Shown here piece by piece: positions 36,206 to 46,272 of a stretch of 64,000 nt of DNA. The stretch covers positions 51,132 to 115,131 of the forward strand of contig JAFQCG010000005.1 in assembly GCA_017416535.1 (NCBI GenBank). Reading direction: 5' to 3'. This stretch comes from Bacilli bacterium (GTDB lineage: Bacteria; Bacillota_I; Bacilli_A; RF39; UBA660). How positions within the stretch are numbered: position 1 is the stretch's first letter; every line of letters begins with the position of its first letter. A program made the translations under genes and the position numbers. The notes under the pieces were generated by a model. That model worked only from the letters and a program-made list of their open reading frames with translations, searched no databases and was not told the origin of the DNA.

Positions 36206-38559
36206 TACATTTTATTATATGTCTTTGCAATAGCAAGCGCTTTATTATATTCGGCTTCTAAGTCATTAAAATGTTCTAGTATAAAGTTTATGTCATTTTC
36301 CTTACTCTTTAATTCATGTTGATACGAGATATCTGCTAAAGACATAAATCCTAAATATTTAGCATCACTTTTTAAAGAGTGAACTTCTATTGCATAGTTT
36401 TCCATATCAGAATTATTTTTATAAGTAACTATATTATTCCATTTATCTTCTACTTCAGATAAAAAATCATTAAGTGTCATATTATACATTTCTATATCAC
36501 CAAGTAATTCTAATGATTTATCTAAGTCAACTCCATTTTCTTTTAAGTATGTTTCTTTTGTTTGTACTGGTGGTTCATCTTCACCAATAATTTCTAATTC
36601 TTCTATTTCTTCAACCATTTCTATAGGTTTTATTTCTTCAATTGTTTGAACATCAATTACTTGTTCAGTTTTTTCAATTATTGGAACTTCTGCTATTTCC
36701 TCCTCTTCAGGGGGTTCTGGTTGATTACTTTGATATTTTTGGAATATTGTATTACATACTCTGATAAGTTCATCTTTTTCTATTGGTTTTGCAAGATAAT
36801 CTTCAAAACCTTCTTTTAAATATTTTTCTTTCATTCCTGTAATAGCATTAGCAGTTAGTATTACTACTGGTTGATTGAAACCTTCAATTTCTTTTAGTTT
36901 ATGGAAAGTTTCTACTCCACTCATTTTTGGCATCATATCATCCATTAAAATAATATCAAATACTGCTCCCGATTGAATTAAATTAATACAATCAAAACCA
37001 TTATCTAATGAAGTGATATTATTAGCATTAAATCTTTCTAGTATTTTATTAGCAACTTTAATATTTAATGAATTATCATCTACTAATAATATTTTTTTAT
37101 TTTTTAAATCTAGTGTTGTTTTTATTTCTACTTTTTCTTCTACAATTTCAGTTTTTTCAATGTGTTGATTTAGGATAACTGTGAATTTAGAACCTTCTCC
37201 ATATACTGTATGAACTAATATTTTTCCACCCATTAGTTCAATTAATTGTTTTGTAATTGCAAGTCCTAAACCAGTTCCTTCAATTGTAGTATTTTTATCT
37301 TCATCTAGTCGTTGGAACTTTGTGAATAGACTATCTATTTTATCTGGTTTAATACCACGACCAGTATCTTCTACTGTAATAATTAATTTAGTTATATTGT
37401 TATTATTGATACAGTTTACTTCATAACGAACAGAACCTTTTTCAGTGTATTTATATGCATTACTTAATAAATTTGTAATAATCTTTTTTAGATTTGCATG
37501 ATCACCAAATAATGTATCTGGTAAATCTGGTGCGATATAATATGTAAAATCTAAACCCTTTTCTTTCATCTTTGGAGTTATTAATTTAGCAAGCGCTTCA
37601 AAGGTTTGTCTAGCATTGTATTTTGAGTTAACTATTTCTAGTTTACCTGCTTCTATTTTTGAAATATCTAAAATACCATTAACTATTTCAAGTAATGTAT
37701 TCGATGCATTTACAATGTCTTTGGCATTTTCTTTTGCTTCGTCTAATGAATCAGCTGACATAATATAATCACTAAAACCTACAATTGCGTTTAATGGAGT
37801 TCTTATTTCGTGAGACATACTTGATAAGAAATCTGTCTTTGCACGGTTTGCTTTATCAGCTTGGTCTTTAGCAACTTCTAATTGTCTTTTCATTTTAATA
37901 TCAGGATTTTCTATTGTGTTATACATAATAAGATTTACATAAGCAATTACAGCAGTAATTATTACTAATCCGGGATTAACATTTTTTATAGCTAAAACAA
38001 GCAATTCCAAAATAACGAATATGTATACTGGAACATATTTTTTTCTTAAAATTTTTCTAAAATTTCTAATTAATGTAACTATTATTAATAATATATATAT
38101 AACTGCAAATACATAGAGAGCATCACATGATGGTCCATAACTATACATAATATTATTTTCATTATATAGTTTTACAGGTAATATAAGCATTACCATGTAG
38201 CCAATAATATTTAGAATTGTAGATATTATTGTGATTTTATTAAAGTGTTTGTACACGCGTTTATTATCATTATAAGAAATGTGCATTACATATAAAAAGA
38301 ACAACCATATCCATATTAAAAATTGTAAATAATCAATTTTGTTTAGTATTTTTAATAAATTGATACATTGTGGCATTACATATGCAATATAAATAATTAA
38401 AATCATTAATATGCTGTCGATAAAACTTGTGATAAGCATACCAGAAAAAATTGTTGTTTCAACGTTTTTAATTCGTTCTTTCATAAAAAAGCATACAATT
38501 AAAAACAAAGCTATAAAAAAACCACAAATTGGAATATATAAATTGGTCATATTAGTCAT
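36205..38559 (-). CDS. Hybrid sensor histidine kinase (polytopic sensor, HisKA, HATPase, receiver, Hpt)
   Basis: H-box SHEIRTPLNAI, G-boxes EDTGRGI and GTGLGLAI, receiver ILLVDDN...ILMDDMMPKMSG...K, C-terminal Hpt EVHSLKSDAKYLG. Confidence 0.85.
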   Translation of the reverse strand: MTNMTNLYIPICGFFIALFLIVCFFMKERIKNVETTIFSGMLITSFIDSILMILIIYIAYVMPQCINLLKILNKIDYLQFLIWIWLFFLYVMHISYNDNKRVYKHFNKITIISTILNIIGYMVMLILPVKLYNENNIMYSYGPSCDALYVFAVIYILLIIVTLIRNFRKILRKKYVPVYIFVILELLVLAIKNVNPGLVIITAVIAYVNLIMYNTIENPDIKMKRQLEVAKDQADKANRAKTDFLSSMSHEIRTPLNAIVGFSDYIMSADSLDEAKENAKDIVNASNTLLEIVNGILDISKIEAGKLEIVNSKYNARQTFEALAKLITPKMKEKGLDFTYYIAPDLPDTLFGDHANLKKIITNLLSNAYKYTEKGSVRYEVNCINNNNITKLIITVEDTGRGIKPDKIDSLFTKFQRLDEDKNTTIEGTGLGLAITKQLIELMGGKILVHTVYGEGSKFTVILNQHIEKTEIVEEKVEIKTTLDLKNKKILLVDDNSLNIKVANKILERFNANNITSLDNGFDCINLIQSGAVFDIILMDDMMPKMSGVETFHKLKEIEGFNQPVVILTANAITGMKEKYLKEGFEDYLAKPIEKDELIRVCNTIFQKYQSNQPEPPEEEEIAEVPIIEKTEQVIDVQTIEEIKPIEMVEEIEELEIIGEDEPPVQTKETYLKENGVDLDKSLELLGDIEMYNMTLNDFLSEVEDKWNNIVTYKNNSDMENYAIEVHSLKSDAKYLGFMSLADISYQHELKSKENDINFILEHFNDLEAEYNKALAIAKTYNKM

Positions 38560-38626
38560 TTGCTATTCACCCTCTATTCTTATTCAAACTATAACACAAA
38601 ACCAATAATAAGTAAATTATAATAAA

Positions 38627-38652
38627 ACAAGATAGATTATTTTCTATCTTGT
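38627..38652 (-). terminator. Intrinsic terminator after the acyltransferase gene
   Basis: acaagatag-8 nt-ctatcttgt, then a U-rich stretch in RNA sense. The stem overlaps the stop codon. Confidence 0.5.
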
Positions 38653-39534
38653 CCCACTATTTCTTTTGTTGAATAAAAATGCATTATTTCTATTTGGTAT
38701 TAACTTTTTTGTATGTGCAAAAACGCTTTCTGGACTTTCATATGGTCTATAAACGAAAGATTGTTCAAAATCATAATCATAATTTGGATATTCTTCTATA
38801 ACATGGAAAATTTTTTTTCTTTCTTCTTCGATATCTATAGTTTCTCGTAAAACAGTTCCTGTCTTTTCCATATACTCAAATCTCATTGATGCCATTACAT
38901 CTCTCAAATCATCTATTTCTTGTTTTAAATTTGCATCTTTTGGTACTTGCCTTGGTTCTCCAAATGATACATGACATTTCATTGTTTGGTTATCATAATG
39001 TAATATCGTAGGAATAATTTGTGCATCCGTATTTTGTGCAGTTTTGATAATTCCCCATTTCATAGGTAACATTAATAATTCATCACTCATATTCCATGTC
39101 CCTTCTGGAAATACTATCATTATTTTATCTTTTAGCAAATATTCTTCCATTGCTTTTTGAGCCATGGCCATATCTTCCTTACTAGTTCTGTCTAAAAATA
39201 AAGAACCATAAAAGTAAAAGAAAATATTATCTAAAAAACCTAGTTTTTGTTTTCCAGAAAATACATAACCTCGTTTTTTTAATTCATCTCTTATAGCGGT
39301 ACATATTACTGGTGTATCTTGAAACCTTGTATGATTTACTGCAAAAATAATTGGTTTTTCTGGAATTAAATTAATTTTGTTATCTCTTACAACTTTGTGT
39401 TTTACTTTTGTTTTAGAAAGTTGTAAAAGTGTTGGATAGACAATATCTTTCATTTTAATTGATGCTTTACTATCTATTATTGGTTTTCCTCTTTTACTTT
39501 TTTCTAATGGAGTTTCTTGAAACATTATACTCAC
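38644..39534 (-). CDS. Lysophospholipid (1-acyl-glycerol-3-phosphate) acyltransferase family protein
   Basis: HX4D motif NHTRFQD and a FPEGTWN block. Confidence 0.75.
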   Translation of the reverse strand: MSIMFQETPLEKSKRGKPIIDSKASIKMKDIVYPTLLQLSKTKVKHKVVRDNKINLIPEKPIIFAVNHTRFQDTPVICTAIRDELKKRGYVFSGKQKLGFLDNIFFYFYGSLFLDRTSKEDMAMAQKAMEEYLLKDKIMIVFPEGTWNMSDELLMLPMKWGIIKTAQNTDAQIIPTILHYDNQTMKCHVSFGEPRQVPKDANLKQEIDDLRDVMASMRFEYMEKTGTVLRETIDIEEERKKIFHVIEEYPNYDYDFEQSFVYRPYESPESVFAHTKKLIPNRNNAFLFNKRNSGTR

Positions 39535-39608
39535 CTCACATTTAGTTTACATTTTTACTATTATCTTCGCAACAAACTTTACTTATTTAGACACTAAAAA
39601 AGAACAGA

Positions 39609-40496
39609 TTATTCTTCTGTTCTTAATTCTTCTAGTTTTTCAACAAATTCTTTTGGTGGTTCTACTTCAAAGTATATTTCTTTTCCTGTTCTTGGATGTT
39701 TGAATTTAATAGACTTTGAATGTAACATTTGTCCAAATGATGTGGCTTTTCCTTTTCCGTATGCTGGGTCATTTAATACTGGATGATTAATGTATGCAAG
39801 ATGTACTCTAATTTGATGGGTTCTTCCTGTTTCTAATATACATTCAATAAGTGTATTTTCTTTAAATTGTTCTAATACTTTGAAGTGTGTAATTGCATCT
39901 TTTGCATTTTGATCTGTAACAGCCATTTTTTGTCTATCAGATGCATCTCTTCCAATTGGGGCATCTATTGTACCTGTATCGTGTTTAATTAAACCTGATA
40001 CTATTGCAAGATAATGACGTGACACTTCTTTTTTAGAAATCATTTCCGATAATTTTTCATGTGTCCATTCATTCTTTGCAACTAACATTAAGCCAGATGT
40101 ATCTTTATCTAAACGATGAACTATTCCAGGTCTATGTTGTTCTCCACCTGTAATATTAAATCTATATAATAATGCATTTACTAGAGTACCTGTATAATGT
40201 CCTGGAGCTGGATGAACAACCATTCCGCTTTCTTTATTAATTACTAATAAATCATCATCTTCATACACTACATCTATATTAATATTTTCTGGTTCTACAT
40301 TTATTTCATAATTTAAGTCGTCGTTTACTTCTATTTCATCATTTAATTTCACTTGATAACTTCCGTTTACATTTTTACCATTTACTGTAACTAAGTTTTC
40401 TTTAATAAGTTTTTGTACTTTACTACGAGATAATTCTAATTTTTCTGATAAATAAGAATCTAATCTTGAATTAACTTCTGTTTCTACTTTTATCAT
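39609..40496 (-). CDS. rluD: RluA-family 23S rRNA pseudouridine synthase (RluD-like) with an S4 domain
   Basis: S4 N-terminus (RLDSYLSE...SRSKVQKLI). Catalytic HRLDKDTSGLMLVAKN. Confidence 0.9.
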   Translation of the reverse strand: MIKVETEVNSRLDSYLSEKLELSRSKVQKLIKENLVTVNGKNVNGSYQVKLNDEIEVNDDLNYEINVEPENINIDVVYEDDDLLVINKESGMVVHPAPGHYTGTLVNALLYRFNITGGEQHRPGIVHRLDKDTSGLMLVAKNEWTHEKLSEMISKKEVSRHYLAIVSGLIKHDTGTIDAPIGRDASDRQKMAVTDQNAKDAITHFKVLEQFKENTLIECILETGRTHQIRVHLAYINHPVLNDPAYGKGKATSFGQMLHSKSIKFKHPRTGKEIYFEVEPPKEFVEKLEELRTEE

Positions 40497-40578
40497 AGAG
40501 TCCCCTCCTTCATTTCGTTTTGTATTATAACATATTTATTTATATTTTACCATAAAAAAAGTATTGACTATGCAATAC

Positions 40579-40806
40579 TTAAATTATATTTTCTATTTTT
40601 TTATAAAACATTGGTAGTAATGTATTTATTAATTCAGGATCTTCTACTTCTGTTAGTTTATCATTATTTTCATATAAGAATTTAACATTAGATATTTCAT
40701 TAATATCTATTAAGTAATAATAAATTCTATATTCATAATCTACTTTACTAACCACTTGATATTCATTATGGTCACTTAATGTGACTATATCTTTTATTTC
40801 AATCAT
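40579..40806 (-). CDS. Hypothetical small protein
   Basis: 75-aa ORF with a 4-nt overlap with the upstream ORF. No secure motif. Confidence 0.4.
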   Translation of the reverse strand: MIEIKDIVTLSDHNEYQVVSKVDYEYRIYYYLIDINEISNVKFLYENNDKLTEVEDPELINTLLPMFYKKIENII

Positions 40807-41057
40807 TTTGTTTTTCCTTGTATTTGTTCTTTTGCAGCAGATTTAATTTTAAGATTTTCTCTTAGTGCTCTAATACTAGCACCTGAAATTCCTACTCCGC
40901 CGAATGCAAGTAATGTACTTAATCCTAAACCAAATGATACTCCTGCTAATGCAAATCCTGCTACTGCAAAGATTGTATTTAATGCAATATTTCCATTAGT
41001 TCTTTTAATTACGTCTTCTGGCTTTTCTATTTTTTCAATTGTATAGTCTTTTGACAT
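40803..41057 (-). CDS. Hypothetical small membrane protein
   Basis: Two Gly-rich TM helices (AVAGFALAGVSFGLGLSTLLAFGGVGISGA). Confidence 0.45.
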   Translation of the reverse strand: MSKDYTIEKIEKPEDVIKRTNGNIALNTIFAVAGFALAGVSFGLGLSTLLAFGGVGISGASIRALRENLKIKSAAKEQIQGKTK

Positions 41058-41094
41058 AAGTTATCACCTCTATTATTTTCATTATAACACACTA

Positions 41095-41451
41095 TCACTT
41101 TTTATCAATTGGTGTCTTTTGATAGATTTTTGGTTTATCTGAAGATAAATCATCCATTTTTAAATCATATTCAATTTCTCTAATTCTTTGTTTTAGTGCT
41201 TCTCTTTCACAAATTCTTTTTACAGCGCTAATTCCATTTACAATGACACTCGCTCCTGATAAAACGCCTATAAAATTATCTAGTGTTTCATATGGAGTTA
41301 ATTCTCCTCCTATTGCAAATATTGCGATAGACATTCCTAGTCCACAAAATGCAAAAACACCATTTCTATTAATTTTATAATATAAGTCTGATACAGAATT
41401 TTGATAATCTTCTTTTAAACTTTCTGCATATTCTCTTTGTTGTTCATTCAT
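41095..41451 (-). CDS. Hypothetical membrane protein
   Basis: 118 aa with two TM helices. Architecture resembles the downstream 84-aa ORF. Confidence 0.45.
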   Translation of the reverse strand: MNEQQREYAESLKEDYQNSVSDLYYKINRNGVFAFCGLGMSIAIFAIGGELTPYETLDNFIGVLSGASVIVNGISAVKRICEREALKQRIREIEYDLKMDDLSSDKPKIYQKTPIDKK

Positions 41452-41462
41452 GATGAACCTCC

Positions 41463-41960
41463 CTAAATGTTGGGTTTTTTCTTTTCTTTTTCTTCAATTA
41501 TTAAATCAATAATTAGAAGTATTGCTCCAACTGTTATACCTATATCGGCTAAATTAAATACTGGGAAATTATAATTAAAAATATTAAATGATAAGTAATC
41601 AATTACTGATTTATAAAGAATTCTATCAAATAAATTACCAATTATTCCTCCAGTCATAATTCCAAGAGATATTATAGTTAATGTATTTACTCTTTTCAAT
41701 TTTTTTATAGCATTTTTTATAATAATTAAACAAAATATGCTAACAAGGATTAAAATAATCGTTTTATTTCCTAGTATAGAAAATGCTGCTCCTGTATTTT
41801 TTAGGTAATATAAAGAGAAGAAATTTGGAATAAGTTTTATTTCTTGATGAAGTGTCATATTGCTCATAACAATATATTTAATTATTTGATCTAGTAAGAC
41901 TGTTATTAGCGATATGGTATATATCAGTTTCTTATTCTTCATTTTCTTCCTCCTTTTCAT
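41463..41960 (-). CDS. lspA: Lipoprotein signal peptidase II
   Basis: NTGAAFSIL, FNLADIGITVGAILLI motifs. Confidence 0.85.
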   Translation of the reverse strand: MKRRKKMKNKKLIYTISLITVLLDQIIKYIVMSNMTLHQEIKLIPNFFSLYYLKNTGAAFSILGNKTIILILVSIFCLIIIKNAIKKLKRVNTLTIISLGIMTGGIIGNLFDRILYKSVIDYLSFNIFNYNFPVFNLADIGITVGAILLIIDLIIEEKEKKKPNI

Positions 41961-44892
41961 TTAATTTTTTTATCTTCTCAACAATAATTTGAATTTGATC
42001 TAGTCGTCTTTCAACATTTCCTCTTATTTTTAATAGTTCTCCTCTTTCTATTGGGAAATACAAATTATATATTTTAGGGAATAAAGTATATTCCATTGTA
42101 GATGTTTCATCACTACCTGTTATGAAGGCCATTTTATCTCCTTTTTTTGTACTTATTGTTTTTATTTTATCCACAAGTATAAGGGTATCAATTTGTTTAC
42201 CAAAGTTTTTATCCACAAAATTTAGTGGAATACAGTATGGATTGTCTTTTTTGTACATTGTTGTTGGATGTGATGATAAGTAGAATCCAAATACTTCTTT
42301 TTCTTTTTCTAATAAATATGAACTTTCATACTCTTTTTGATATTCAATATCTGGTTTCATTACTAATGATGGATCTATATCTTTAGTTAATTCTGCATAG
42401 TTAAATAAACTATCTAAATTATAAATTAATGTTGCTCTATTAAATTCAAATTCTTTAAATACATCGGCCATAATTAAAGTTTCAAAATTCTTTTTTCCTA
42501 CTCCTTCAATATATAATCTACTGAATGTATCATAAATATCAGTAAATGGTCCTTTTGATTTAGCTCTTTTAATTGTTTCTGAAATAACTGTTCCAATTGA
42601 TTTGATATTAGAAATTGGATAAATAATTTTATTATCTTCAACTATATATCTAGAGTCACTCTTATTAATAGTTGGTTTTTCAACTTCAATTTTATTAGCT
42701 TTTGCTTCCATTATATATTCGTGTGTTTTTGCTTCACTTCCTATTACATTTGTTAGTAAGTTTGCAAAGAATATTGTTTTATAATGTGTTTTTAAGTATG
42801 CCATTTTATAGGCAATTATGGCATAAGCTACTGAGTGTGATTTATTAAATCCGAAACCTGCAAAGTTTAGAACTAGTTCGTATACTTTTTTAGCATCTTC
42901 TTTTGTATGTCCTTTATTCATACTTTTTTCAATAAATTTTTCTTCTTCCGCTTTTAATAAATCAAGTTTCTTTTTACTCATCGCACGGCGAAGGATATCA
43001 GCTTCACCTAAAGTATAATCAGCATAGATACTTGCAAGTTGCATAATTTGTTCTTGATAGATTAATAAACCATATGTATTTTTAGAAATTGACTCTAAGT
43101 TTTTATCAATATATTCTATCTTTTCTTCACCATGTCGTCTTTTTATATAGTTATCAATATTAGATGCTGCTCCTGGTCTAAAGATAGCGATTGCATCACA
43201 TATGTCATCAAATGTAGTTGGTCGAAGACGACGTAAGAAATTACGCATACCTGTTGATTCAAATTGAAATATTCCACTAGTATTAGCAGTTTCAAATACT
43301 TTAAATGTTTCTTTATCATCTAGTGGAATTTTGTTAAAGTCTATTACTTCTCCAGTTTGTTCTTTTATATCTGAAATAATGTTATCAATTGTTGACAAAT
43401 TTTTTAATCCAAGGAAGTCCATTTTTAGAAGACCCAAATCTTCTAAGTATTCCATAGTGTAACTTGTTAGATACATTCCATCTCCAGTAGTTAGTGGTAT
43501 AACTTCATCTAAGTCAACTTGGCTCATTACAATACCAGCTGCATGGGATGATGTATGTCTTGGATATCCTTCTAATTTACAAGCAATTTCATACAAATTA
43601 GTTAGTGTTGTATCACTATCGATTCTTGCTTTAAAAGCTTGATTTTTATTATAAAAATCATTTAATTTATCTTTTGTTATTCCTGGAATAAATTTACATA
43701 GACTATCTACTTTATATGTCGGAATATTTAAAACCCTAGCAACGTCTCTTAACACTTGTTTAGCACTCATTGTACCAAATGTTACAATTCCACAAACACG
43801 TTTTTTTCCATATTTTTCGATAACATAATCTATTACTTCTCCTCGTCTATTATCTGGGAAGTCTGTATCAATATCAGGCATTGTTTTACGAGCAGGATTT
43901 AAGAATCTTTCAAATAACAAATCATATTCTAATGGATCAATATCGGTTATTCCTAATGAGTATGCAACTAATGATCCTGCTGCTGAACCTCTTCCTGGTC
44001 CAACTAGTATTTTATTCTTTTTAGCAAATTTTATAAAATCATAGACTACTAAGAAATAGTTTGGAAATCCCATTTCATTTATAATTTTTAGTTCATAGCT
44101 TAATCTTTGTTTATATTTATCTGGGATTGTTCCATTTAATCTCTTGGTTAAACCTACTTTGCATAATTCAAATAAATACATTCCTGGTTCTTCACAATCA
44201 TATATTGGTAATAATAATTTTGATGGTGGAAAATCTAAGTTACAATTTTCTGCAACATTTAATGTATTTAACAAACCATTGTTGTCTGTTAAATCTAATA
44301 GGTTCTTTATTTTTAATTCATGATTTGCTGTTTCATAAATAATATCATCACTAATAGTTTTTCCATCTCTTATACGATATAAATATGGAAGTGTTTCTTC
44401 ATCATTTTTTGTTAAATATAAATTTTCTCTGAAAAATATAATATCCCTAGTTTGAAGAAGAACTTCTGCTTGCTCTTTTTTATTTGTATATCCTAAATAT
44501 AAATCGCTATATATTTCTTTTAATTCTTTATAACTTTCTTTTGATTCGTAAGGGAGAACTGCTATTACATTTTTGTTATAAGTAGATAGTTCTGCTTTTG
44601 TTACTTGTCTTTCATTTTGAATACTTGATAATTTTATCAATGACTTGTATCCTTCATAATCTTTTGCATATATAACTACATTAAATTCTTCTAGTAAAAT
44701 ATGTAGACCTATTATTGGCTTTAGATTTGCGTTGTTACATTTCTTGATAAATTCCATAGTTCCATACATATTTGTATCTGAAATTGCAATTGATGAGATA
44801 TTACTATCTTTAGCAAAAGAAATAATATCATCTATTTTTAATAAACTAGATAATAATGAATAATTACTTTTATTAAATAATGGAATATACAT
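41932..44892 (-). CDS. dnaE: DNA polymerase III alpha subunit (DnaE type)
   Basis: PHP N-terminus, GRGSAAGSLVAYSLGITDIDP, MPDIDTDF, FNKSHSVAYA motifs. Confidence 0.92.
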   Translation of the reverse strand: MYIPLFNKSNYSLLSSLLKIDDIISFAKDSNISSIAISDTNMYGTMEFIKKCNNANLKPIIGLHILLEEFNVVIYAKDYEGYKSLIKLSSIQNERQVTKAELSTYNKNVIAVLPYESKESYKELKEIYSDLYLGYTNKKEQAEVLLQTRDIIFFRENLYLTKNDEETLPYLYRIRDGKTISDDIIYETANHELKIKNLLDLTDNNGLLNTLNVAENCNLDFPPSKLLLPIYDCEEPGMYLFELCKVGLTKRLNGTIPDKYKQRLSYELKIINEMGFPNYFLVVYDFIKFAKKNKILVGPGRGSAAGSLVAYSLGITDIDPLEYDLLFERFLNPARKTMPDIDTDFPDNRRGEVIDYVIEKYGKKRVCGIVTFGTMSAKQVLRDVARVLNIPTYKVDSLCKFIPGITKDKLNDFYNKNQAFKARIDSDTTLTNLYEIACKLEGYPRHTSSHAAGIVMSQVDLDEVIPLTTGDGMYLTSYTMEYLEDLGLLKMDFLGLKNLSTIDNIISDIKEQTGEVIDFNKIPLDDKETFKVFETANTSGIFQFESTGMRNFLRRLRPTTFDDICDAIAIFRPGAASNIDNYIKRRHGEEKIEYIDKNLESISKNTYGLLIYQEQIMQLASIYADYTLGEADILRRAMSKKKLDLLKAEEEKFIEKSMNKGHTKEDAKKVYELVLNFAGFGFNKSHSVAYAIIAYKMAYLKTHYKTIFFANLLTNVIGSEAKTHEYIMEAKANKIEVEKPTINKSDSRYIVEDNKIIYPISNIKSIGTVISETIKRAKSKGPFTDIYDTFSRLYIEGVGKKNFETLIMADVFKEFEFNRATLIYNLDSLFNYAELTKDIDPSLVMKPDIEYQKEYESSYLLEKEKEVFGFYLSSHPTTMYKKDNPYCIPLNFVDKNFGKQIDTLILVDKIKTISTKKGDKMAFITGSDETSTMEYTLFPKIYNLYFPIERGELLKIRGNVERRLDQIQIIVEKIKKLNEKEEENEE

Positions 44893-44956
44893 AGTAATAC
44901 CTCCTTTTCATTTATATTCTACCACAAAAGAGTTATATAAAAAAGAAAAAGAACTT

Positions 44957-45850
44957 TTAGTTCTTTAAGTTAAATTCATGATTTAAGAAGACTGGCATTT
45001 CTTTAGTATTATCTACAATATTATATTGTTTTATATTTTGTGAATTACATAGTTCTTCATACTTATCATCCCAAGATAATCGATATGAGTCGTTTAAGTC
45101 AAATCCTAATAAATTTAAATAATATAAAATTACTGTTTTAGGGTCTTTTTCTATACTTTTATTTTCTACTTCAATTGCTATCATAAATGGATAAATATCT
45201 ACTACAACTTCTATATCTTCATTAGAGAAAACATGACGTTTTCTTTCATAACTTTCTACTAAATTCATATGAATTACATTTTCTAATAAGTATATTAAAT
45301 TATCTACTTCATTATAGTTAATTGATACTTCTACTTCTTCTTCAGTATTTATTTCTTCATTTAAGAAGTTTTCATTTCTTCTTTTATATGTAATCATACA
45401 TTTTTTTATTTCATTATTTACTGTAGTTCTTACTCTAAACCTAGCATCTACTTCTTTTTTGTAATAGTCATATTCTTTCATTGGATGATTATATTGAATT
45501 GTCTTTTCTTTAAAACATCCTTTATATGTTAGTTGAGGATATGCTTTTAAATATTTTAATATTTTATCTTCTTCTGATAATGAATATAAAAATCTTACTT
45601 CTGTTTCAATGTTTTCTTTTTTTATTTCTTTAGTTTCTTCTCCTGTTAATAGTTCATACACTGACGTATTTAATATATCTGCTAGAGTTACTAGAATTGT
45701 AAGGTCTGGCATATAATTTCCATTTTCCCAACGAGATATCGTTTTATCTGTAACAAATAGTTTTTCTGCTAAATCTTTTTGTTTTAATCCAAGTTCTTTT
45801 CTTTTTTTAGCAATGAATTCACCAATTTTATAATTATTCATAGGTTTCAC
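44957..45850 (-). CDS. XRE-family HTH regulator fused to a CYTH-like domain
   Basis: HTH: LGLKQKDLAEKLFVTDKTISRWENG. C-terminal alternating acidic/basic beta-strand pattern: ETEVRF, RFRVRT, ITYKRR, EEEVEVSI, IEVVVDIY, IAIEVE. Confidence 0.6.
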   Translation of the reverse strand: MKPMNNYKIGEFIAKKRKELGLKQKDLAEKLFVTDKTISRWENGNYMPDLTILVTLADILNTSVYELLTGEETKEIKKENIETEVRFLYSLSEEDKILKYLKAYPQLTYKGCFKEKTIQYNHPMKEYDYYKKEVDARFRVRTTVNNEIKKCMITYKRRNENFLNEEINTEEEVEVSINYNEVDNLIYLLENVIHMNLVESYERKRHVFSNEDIEVVVDIYPFMIAIEVENKSIEKDPKTVILYYLNLLGFDLNDSYRLSWDDKYEELCNSQNIKQYNIVDNTKEMPVFLNHEFNLKN

Positions 45851-45962
45851 CTACTTTCTTTGTTTGGTCATATTATACTAAATGTTATTTTTTATTTAAA
45901 CCCCATAAATAGCGAATTTTGTTGTTATATACTGATATATCAAGTAATTTAGGCATTTTTGT

Positions 45963-45991
45963 TTGACTTTCTAGTTTTTTTATGTTAAAGT
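45963..45991 (+). promoter_or_regulatory. Candidate promoter of rpmB
   Basis: TTGACT (45963-45968), 17 nt, TAAAGT (45986-45991), with TG at the extended -10 position. Confidence 0.4.
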
Positions 45992-46029
45992 TATTAAGCA
46001 GAACGAAATGACCAAAGGAGGGAACAAAA

Positions 46030-46209
46030 ATGGCAGTTAATGTAACAACAAGAAAAGGTAATGTTAAAAATACAAGATCTCATGCTTTAAACGCAACTAA
46101 AAAGAGACAAAATTTAAACTTACAAGTTTATAGACTTGAAGACGGAACTAAAGTTAGAATTTCAGCTAAAGAAAAAAGAACTTTATTAAAGAATGATAAA
46201 GCTGCATAA
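46030..46209 (+). CDS. rpmB: 50S ribosomal protein L28
   Basis: My translation: MAVNVTTRKGNVKNTRSHALNATKKRQNLNLQVYRLEDGTKVRISAKEKRTLLKNDKAA (59 aa, not listed in the ORF track). SD aaaggaggg upstream. Confidence 0.85.
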   Translation: MAVNVTTRKGNVKNTRSHALNATKKRQNLNLQVYRLEDGTKVRISAKEKRTLLKNDKAA

Positions 46210-46241
46210 TTGAGTGCAGTTTTTATTTTGCTTTTTTTCAT

Positions 46242-46272
46242 AAAAAAAATAGTAGATTATCTACTATTTTTT
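46242..46272. terminator. Bidirectional terminator between rpmB and the convergent 227-aa gene
   Basis: A-run, atagtag-attat-ctactat, T-run. Confidence 0.55.

Noticed and set aside
45937-45946. Perfect palindrome TGATATATCA as an XRE operator
   Set aside because: It is plausible, but a 10-bp AT palindrome is expected by chance in this composition. It is mentioned only as context in the XRE-CYTH finding.
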